Source: a virus
Taxonomy: Duplodnaviria > Caudoviricetes
Strand: one strand, 5' to 3'
DNA: 40,092 nucleotides
Virus record (IMG/VR): IMGVR_UViG_3300049731_000177
Span: 1-40,092 of that record
The position numbers and the translations under genes are program-made. Shown piece after piece: positions 34,495-40,092 of the stretch. Position 1 is the first letter of the stretch; the number at the start of each line of letters is the position of its first letter. Under the pieces are notes generated by a model that did no database searches, was not told the origin of the DNA, and saw only the letters and a program-made list of their open reading frames with translations.

Positions 34495-36423
34495 CTACCA
34501 GGTAACGGCAGCGATCGTCTGCACCATGCTCGAACGCACCATCATCCACGTGACATAGAGCGACAGCCGGATGCCGATCGAGTCGGTCTGGAACAGATTG
34601 CGCGCCGGCGCCGCGACGGTATTCGGCGAACCGGTCGTGCCGATTGCCAGCGGCGTGGTATCCTCCATGTGCAAGGTTGCCTGGTCGCTGACGTTGAAGC
34701 GCGGCGCATCGCCGGTTGCGGTGGCAAACCAGTCGGCATCGACCGCAATCACCCGGCCTGCAGCGACCGTAGTCGAGTCGATGATGCGGCTGACGCCGAA
34801 CCTGGCCGCTGCATCGGACGGATTGCTGAACGCCAGGTTTCCCGTCGTGGTCTGCGCCTGGTTCATCTTGCGCAGCTGCGCCGGATTCATGATCAGCACG
34901 ATGTTGCCGCCGCCGCCGGCCGCCTCGATCGGCGCAATCAGCGCGTTGATGTCCGCAATGATCTTGTCGAGCGAGGTCGATGCCGCCGATGCGGTGATCG
35001 GGCTCACGCCATTCAGAAGCCCCGGCGGCCGGGTTGCCGATTCCGCCACGGCATCGATCAGGAATCCATCAAGCGAATACTGCGTATCGTCAGCCATCGC
35101 CTTGCGCAGCAGTCCTTCGACCGCCGGCACCGAGGACATCGCCATCTCCTCGGTATACACGGTGATGCAGGACAGTTTGTGCGGCGTCAGCGTGACGGTC
35201 GACAGGCCGATATTCTTGACCGGCTTCGGCGCGCCTTCACCCACCCACGCACCCGACGCCAGCGGCGTTGTCGCGCGGTAGGGGATTTTCAGCGTGCCAT
35301 TGCGCCCCAGGTCGTAGCGGGAACCCTCGCCGGACAGCGGCGCATAGATCGACTTGGCGAGCAGCCGGTCGAGGAATCCGCCCCAGCCCGTCTGCACGAG
35401 TTCGGCGGCATAGCCGGCCGTGGTGGTCATCGCCGGATTGACGGCAGCGCGCAGGATGATCTGCATGTTGTCGTCGATGCCGCCGTAGGATTCCCGCGCG
35501 ACATGCTCGACGGGAAGTTGGTTGGCGACTGCCCGCAACTGGCACGCCGCTACCCGGAAAAAATAATCGCTCGGGTCGATCTTCTTTCTCGGCAGGGCAA
35601 AGGATCGCCGTTCCGGAACCATGATGTCCTGGCTGGGCTCGGTCGTTTCCGCCGTCTGGACGCCCATTGCCTTTTCGGCCGCAAGCAGCCTCTCCAGCCG
35701 GTGCGCTCCATCGGCAATCGATTTCGGCAGTTCATCGAACAGGGTTTCTTGGTCCTCGTCGCGGTCGTCGATGGCGACAAGTTCATTCAGCCGATCGCGC
35801 AGCCGGTTCAGTTCGGTCTGCTGGTTTTCGATCTGCTTGGTGAGTAGCGTTTTCATTTTCGTTGTCCCTTGCGGGAGGGGTTTGGCGGGCTTGCCGGGAA
35901 CCGGCGGATCTTTCCGGGCGGGCTTGCCAAAGATCTGCCGGGAGATTTCAGGGGAAAGGTGAAAGCTGCGACCGATATGGAGCGCGTTCGCATTGGCCGG
36001 TACTGCGACCAGCGAGCATTCCAGAAGTTTCTGCTTCAGAAAGCGGAACGGCCCGAAATGCGGGTCAGCGTCCTTGGTCAGCGGTTCGCGTTTGTCCGCC
36101 TGGAAACCGACAGAAGCCGCCCGCAGATGACCTTCCTCAAAATCACTGCGGGCATCTCTGGCGATCTGCGTCGAGCCGAAGACGATTCGCGCCATCAGCC
36201 GCTTGCCTTCGATGCGAACGTTTTCCCAATGGCCGATGATGGCGTTCGGGTTGTGGTTGAACAGCGCGACCGGGTTGCGGTCGGCCTTGAAATCGGACAG
36301 ATCCCAGCCGTCGGCCATGATCACGTCGCCCATCCGGTCGACGCTCTCGTCAGACAGCACGAACTCGTTCGGATCGGTCTTGGATTGCGCGACTGCAGCG
36401 CGATAGATGATCAGGTCTTCCAT
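34495..36423 (-). CDS. Prohead protease (S78/U35) - HK97-fold major capsid protein fusion
   Basis: VDRMGDVI...NPVALFNH...SVGF...LLECSLVAVPAN protease followed in frame by a coiled-coil delta domain and capsid (AWVGEG..KP, NLFQTD..GIR). Start ATG 36423 with AAGGGG RBS. Confidence 0.92.
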   Translation of the reverse strand: MEDLIIYRAAVAQSKTDPNEFVLSDESVDRMGDVIMADGWDLSDFKADRNPVALFNHNPNAIIGHWENVRIEGKRLMARIVFGSTQIARDARSDFEEGHLRAASVGFQADKREPLTKDADPHFGPFRFLKQKLLECSLVAVPANANALHIGRSFHLSPEISRQIFGKPARKDPPVPGKPAKPLPQGTTKMKTLLTKQIENQQTELNRLRDRLNELVAIDDRDEDQETLFDELPKSIADGAHRLERLLAAEKAMGVQTAETTEPSQDIMVPERRSFALPRKKIDPSDYFFRVAACQLRAVANQLPVEHVARESYGGIDDNMQIILRAAVNPAMTTTAGYAAELVQTGWGGFLDRLLAKSIYAPLSGEGSRYDLGRNGTLKIPYRATTPLASGAWVGEGAPKPVKNIGLSTVTLTPHKLSCITVYTEEMAMSSVPAVEGLLRKAMADDTQYSLDGFLIDAVAESATRPPGLLNGVSPITASAASTSLDKIIADINALIAPIEAAGGGGNIVLIMNPAQLRKMNQAQTTTGNLAFSNPSDAAARFGVSRIIDSTTVAAGRVIAVDADWFATATGDAPRFNVSDQATLHMEDTTPLAIGTTGSPNTVAAPARNLFQTDSIGIRLSLYVTWMMVRSSMVQTIAAVTW

Positions 36424-36626
36424 TGGCCGGCCCCTTGGCGAACGTCGCGGGTTTCGTCCTGGCGATCGTCGGACGAAGTCTCGCGCTCGGTCTTGCTGGG
36501 CCGGTTTCTGGTTGATTGCTGTGATTGCTGTTCCACCGGCGCACGCCAAACACGAAGGGATGAACCTTCGGCCGGAATTACGGGAACAAGCGAACGGAAA
36601 TCCCCACCGTTGCCGGATTGCAGCGC

Positions 36627-36655
36627 AAAATACGCCCTTCGTGCCGGAAAATCAA
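36627..36655 (-). promoter_or_regulatory. Candidate sigma70 promoter TTGATT-17-TATTTT upstream of the capsid gene
   Basis: Canonical spacing within the ~240-bp terL-capsid intergenic region. Confidence 0.5.
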
Positions 36656-36666
36656 ACCCTTGTGAG

Positions 36667-38298
36667 CTAGAACACCCACGTATCCAAATCTAGTACCGTT
36701 GCCGTCTGCAGTTTCAGCGCCGCCACCGCCATGATCGCCGCCACTGCCGGATCAATGCGACCGAACGACTTCGCCTTGGTGAGCTTTCGATTGTCGGCGG
36801 CATCCCTTTCGACAATGGCATTGGAGATCGCCCAGCGCAGCACCGGATGGCCACCGTGGCGCAATTTGCCCTCGATGGCCAATTGCTCAAAGATCTCAAT
36901 CGCTGGCGACATGTCCTTGAAGCCCTGGCCGAACTCCATCATCTCGACCAGCACGCCCAGCCGCGACAGCGACTGGCGAAAAACGTCGATGCGCCAGCGG
37001 TCGTAGGCAATGCGACCGAAGGAAATGGTGCGCGACAGGTCGCCGATGTCGGCAGCGAGGAAATCATAATCCAGCGCCGAGCCGGGTACCGGAATGATGA
37101 ACTCTTTCTTGGCCCACACAGGGTAGGGCGCCCGGTCGCGCAAGGCGCGCTCGGCCAACGTATCGGCCGGCGTCCAGATGCGCGGGTAAAGGTGCACGTT
37201 GCCTTGATCGTCGGTGGCCGCGAGCACCAGTGCCGACAGGTCGGTCCTGGCCGACAGGTCGAGGCCGCCATAGACCGGTCGGCCGTCATAGAGCAGCGCT
37301 TCGTCGGTTGGATCGTCGCCGGTCTTCCAGACATTGGCAGTGAGAAACGGCGCCTTGGCCTGGACGCGCTGGTTGAGATAGAGATTGCGGACCGAGGCCT
37401 CGAGGCTCGGCACCTTGACGGCGCGCGCCATGGTGGCGCGGAATTCGTCGATGTCGCGATAGTCACCAAGTGCCGGATTGGCGCGATGCCATTCCTCCTC
37501 GTCCAGCAGCTCGGCGTTGTCCTTCGCTGCGTAGAGGTGAACGGTGAAACTTGGATCGTCGAATTCGCCGGCCTTCACCTTCAGCCCGTAGTCGATCAGC
37601 TCCGACAGGATATGATCGTCGGCTGGCGCCTGAGTGGAAATCACCATCATCAGCGGTTCGACCTGGCTGCCGAGCGAAGTCATCAGCATGTCGTAAAGCG
37701 CGGCATTCCTGGCCTGCGCCAGCTCGTCGTAAATGGCCAGGTCGATGCCTTCGCCGAACTGGCCGCCGGCCTCGGCGGCAATTGCCGAATAGGTCGAGCC
37801 ATCCTGGACGTGGACGATATGCTTGGTGCTGTCGATCACCTTCAGCACCTTGCGCAGCGTCGGATTCATGCGCACCATCTGCGCCGCCAGCCGGTAGACG
37901 ATCGCTGCCTGCTTGCGGGTGGTGGCGGCCGAAACGATAGTGCTGTTCTGCCGCTTCGCCGGACCGGCCAGATGCACCAGGATCAGCAGCGCCGCCAGCA
38001 GGGTTTTGCCGCCGCGGCGGGCTATGGACAACACCGCCTGGCGGCGTTTGCGGCGGCCATCCTTATGGCGCGGATTGTAGACGTCGCGGATGAAATCGAT
38101 CTGGAACGGCCGCAGCCTCAGCGGCTTGCCGACATATTTACCGGCCGGCACTACCAGCGCATGCGCGAACGCGATGATGCGGCCGGAGGGTTTTGTCCAA
38201 TCCTCTTCCGGCACGTCGAGATCGGCATAGAGGTCAAGCGGCGCGCTCGGCCTTCTCGCCGGTGAAGTTCTGCCAGCGGTTGACTGCAACATCGACAT
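36667..38298 (-). CDS. terL: Terminase large subunit
   Basis: LRPFQ, IARRGGKT (Walker A), IYDE (Walker B), ISTQ, GGLDLS and RIDPAVA motifs. Confidence 0.95.
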   Translation of the reverse strand: MSMLQSTAGRTSPARRPSAPLDLYADLDVPEEDWTKPSGRIIAFAHALVVPAGKYVGKPLRLRPFQIDFIRDVYNPRHKDGRRKRRQAVLSIARRGGKTLLAALLILVHLAGPAKRQNSTIVSAATTRKQAAIVYRLAAQMVRMNPTLRKVLKVIDSTKHIVHVQDGSTYSAIAAEAGGQFGEGIDLAIYDELAQARNAALYDMLMTSLGSQVEPLMMVISTQAPADDHILSELIDYGLKVKAGEFDDPSFTVHLYAAKDNAELLDEEEWHRANPALGDYRDIDEFRATMARAVKVPSLEASVRNLYLNQRVQAKAPFLTANVWKTGDDPTDEALLYDGRPVYGGLDLSARTDLSALVLAATDDQGNVHLYPRIWTPADTLAERALRDRAPYPVWAKKEFIIPVPGSALDYDFLAADIGDLSRTISFGRIAYDRWRIDVFRQSLSRLGVLVEMMEFGQGFKDMSPAIEIFEQLAIEGKLRHGGHPVLRWAISNAIVERDAADNRKLTKAKSFGRIDPAVAAIMAVAALKLQTATVLDLDTWVF

Positions 38299-39508
38299 AG
38301 GCTTCGGAGATCTCCATGCAGAAGGCGGCGCGGCCCTCCATCTCGGCAGCGATCATGGACGAGCCGCTGCCGACGAAAGGATCCAGTATCGTCTTGCCGC
38401 GTGGCGACAGCGTTGTGAGTACCCATTGCGTCAAGGCAACCGGCTTCTGTGTCGGATGCACCCGTTTTTCGCCATGCTCAGAGGCCTTCATCAGACCGGA
38501 CCAGCGGTGTGTGAACAGTTCGACGACGCGATCCTGATTTGTCCATGCCAGTTCGGCGTCAGCGAAAGTTCCGGTGGTTTCCTTGTTCCACACCAGCCAG
38601 CAACGTGACGCCGGCAGTTGATCAGCAAAATAATTGCCGCCCCAAATGACAATCACTGGAACATCAAGGGCGAGGAGGTGACGATAGGTCGTCAGTCCTG
38701 TTTCGGTTGAATCATCGCCGACAATCGGCGCATAAATGCCCGGTTCAATGATTGCGTTCTTTGCGCGGCCGTGAACACGGCCGCCAAATGGCTTGGCGCC
38801 GCCGATGGTCGAGCCTTTGACGATGCCAAGTCCATAGGGCGCATCACAGACGGCAATGTCGGGAACGATCTCGCCCAACAATCGCTTGACGTCCTCGGCG
38901 CTGGTGGCATCGCCGCACAGCAGCCGGTGCTTGCCGCAGAGCCACAGATCGCCGCGCTTAGTCACCGGCGCGTCCGGCAGCGGCGGCGCTGCGTCCGGGT
39001 CGGTCAAACCCTGACGGCCGCCCAGCACGTTGAGTAGCTCGTCCTCGGAAAAGCCGATCAACTCGGCCATGTCGACCAATTCGCCAAGTTCGGCCGCCAG
39101 AAGCTTGACGTCCCATGCGGCATTCAGCGCCAGCTGGTTGTCGGCCAGCCGATAGGCCTTGATCTCCTTTTCTGACCAACCCCTAGCCACCATCACCGGC
39201 ACCGTATCGAGGCCGAGCTGTTGCGCCGCCAGCAGCCGACCATGGCCGGCGATGATCTCAGATCGCTCGTCGACCAGGACCGGCACCGTGAAGCCCCATT
39301 GCCGGATTGACGCCGCAATCTGGTCTATCTGCCCCGCCGAGTGGGTTCGGGCGTTGGCGGCATATGGCACCAAGGTTGACACCGAAACGCGCTGGACGGC
39401 GTCGGCTGGCCATTTCTGAGGGTATCCCCGGTCGCCGCGCGCCTTCTTGGCGGCGAGTGCCGCGCTGTAGGAGGCTACGCCATCGGCGGCTGCGTCGTAA
39501 TCGCTCAT
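38234..39508 (-). CDS. ParB-N domain - DNA methyltransferase (N4/N6, beta class) fusion
   Basis: LVPYAANARTHS...IIAGHGRL...YRLADN ParB domain; HRLLCGD, DAPY, HPTQKPV and LDPFVGSGS. Confidence 0.9.
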   Translation of the reverse strand: MSDYDAAADGVASYSAALAAKKARGDRGYPQKWPADAVQRVSVSTLVPYAANARTHSAGQIDQIAASIRQWGFTVPVLVDERSEIIAGHGRLLAAQQLGLDTVPVMVARGWSEKEIKAYRLADNQLALNAAWDVKLLAAELGELVDMAELIGFSEDELLNVLGGRQGLTDPDAAPPLPDAPVTKRGDLWLCGKHRLLCGDATSAEDVKRLLGEIVPDIAVCDAPYGLGIVKGSTIGGAKPFGGRVHGRAKNAIIEPGIYAPIVGDDSTETGLTTYRHLLALDVPVIVIWGGNYFADQLPASRCWLVWNKETTGTFADAELAWTNQDRVVELFTHRWSGLMKASEHGEKRVHPTQKPVALTQWVLTTLSPRGKTILDPFVGSGSSMIAAEMEGRAAFCMEISEAYVDVAVNRWQNFTGEKAERAA

Positions 39509-40008
39509 TGTTTCGTCTTCGGTAATGTTGACCAGGCGCCATTCGGATCCTCATCAGGTCCGAGAAGTAGTGCCATCGGATCGCTGTTCACCGTATCCGG
39601 TGCCGAGAGCCGCGCCCTGGCCACCGGCGACAGACCCAGTTCAGAGCCGCAGGAATGCATTTCGACGGCGGCGGCCTTTTCCACCACCAGCAGCGGGTTT
39701 CTGATCGGTCCCATCGGCGACTGCACCAGAAGCCCGGTTTTCTCGATCGTCGCATGCACCTGGCGAAACCGGCACCACGCCACCGCCATCCGCTCCAACA
39801 TCGTCTCGTCCGCCCGCGACAACAGACCGACCGGCAATGAAGTCACGATCTCCCACCATAACCGCTGCTCTTCCGGATTCAGGTGGACAGGTTCCCGAGG
39901 CTGGCCGATTCCCTGCGGATCATGGTTGATTTTGGCTTTTGCAACCTTGCGGCGATTGCCTTCAAGGATCTTGATTTTTTTCGGTTTTGGAGGCCGACCC
40001 ATCGTCAT
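39505..40008 (-). CDS. terS: Terminase small subunit (P27 family)
   Basis: GRPPKP..IKILEGN...P.HL...W...NP......ELGLSP.ARARL. Confidence 0.92.
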   Translation of the reverse strand: MTMGRPPKPKKIKILEGNRRKVAKAKINHDPQGIGQPREPVHLNPEEQRLWWEIVTSLPVGLLSRADETMLERMAVAWCRFRQVHATIEKTGLLVQSPMGPIRNPLLVVEKAAAVEMHSCGSELGLSPVARARLSAPDTVNSDPMALLLGPDEDPNGAWSTLPKTKQ

Positions 40009-40029
40009 TCAGACAACCCTATCCCAGAC

Positions 40030-40092
40030 TTTTGCGGAATCTAAAAAACGACTGCGCGCATCGGTCCCGGCCGGTTCGCGCATTTTTTCACA
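40030..40092 (-). other. Probable cos/packaging region between HNH and terS (continues into 1-45)
   Basis: Minus strand reads G-run (gggagggggggagg), A-run, then ACCG plus a GC-rich block. This layout is typical of the HNH-terS interval of P27-terS cos phages. Confidence 0.55.
40064..40092. repeat. Terminal direct repeat copy 2
   Basis: Identical to 1-29. Confidence 0.95.

Noticed and set aside
36440-36490. GGACGAAAC resembling a hammerhead ribozyme core
   Set aside because: No CUGANGA element at the required position on either strand; a simple hairpin explains it.

Overview
The window is an apparently complete, circularly assembled temperate siphovirus genome. A 29-bp overlap (1-29 = 40064-40092) gives a unit length of about 40,063 bp. 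The host is probably an alphaproteobacterium (Rhizobiales-like), judging from a GcrA homologue, a DUF6456/GafZ-like protein, a DUF1376 replication protein and a GTA-type DUF2460/DUF2163 tail tip. A Cro/CI switch lies at about 10.3-11.1 kb. The + strand arm carries a RecT-like recombinase, a ParB/DGQHR-like protein, a putative xis, a three-gene accessory cassette, a tyrosine integrase and a candidate attP. One long minus-strand arm runs from cro through a DNA-modification/GcrA/replication block, a separate collagen/head-fibre module, a GH19 endolysin and HNH. It then crosses the probable cos junction into terS, a ParB-MTase, terL, a protease-capsid fusion placed before the portal, the neck and tail genes, and three terminal membrane/lipoprotein genes. 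The most notable items are: (1) a five-gene collagen-foldon / spike-base / adaptor module whose motifs suggest a 5:1:3 capsid-appendage assembly with a repeat-flanked swappable lectin domain; (2) a coupled MTase - nuclease-like - GcrA - Mom-like gene block whose MTase is split by a +1 frame break; (3) a rearranged head operon with its own promoter, terminator and internal capsid start; (4) a late-regulator-like gene buried among the neck genes. All family calls come from motif recognition by eye; no database searches were run.
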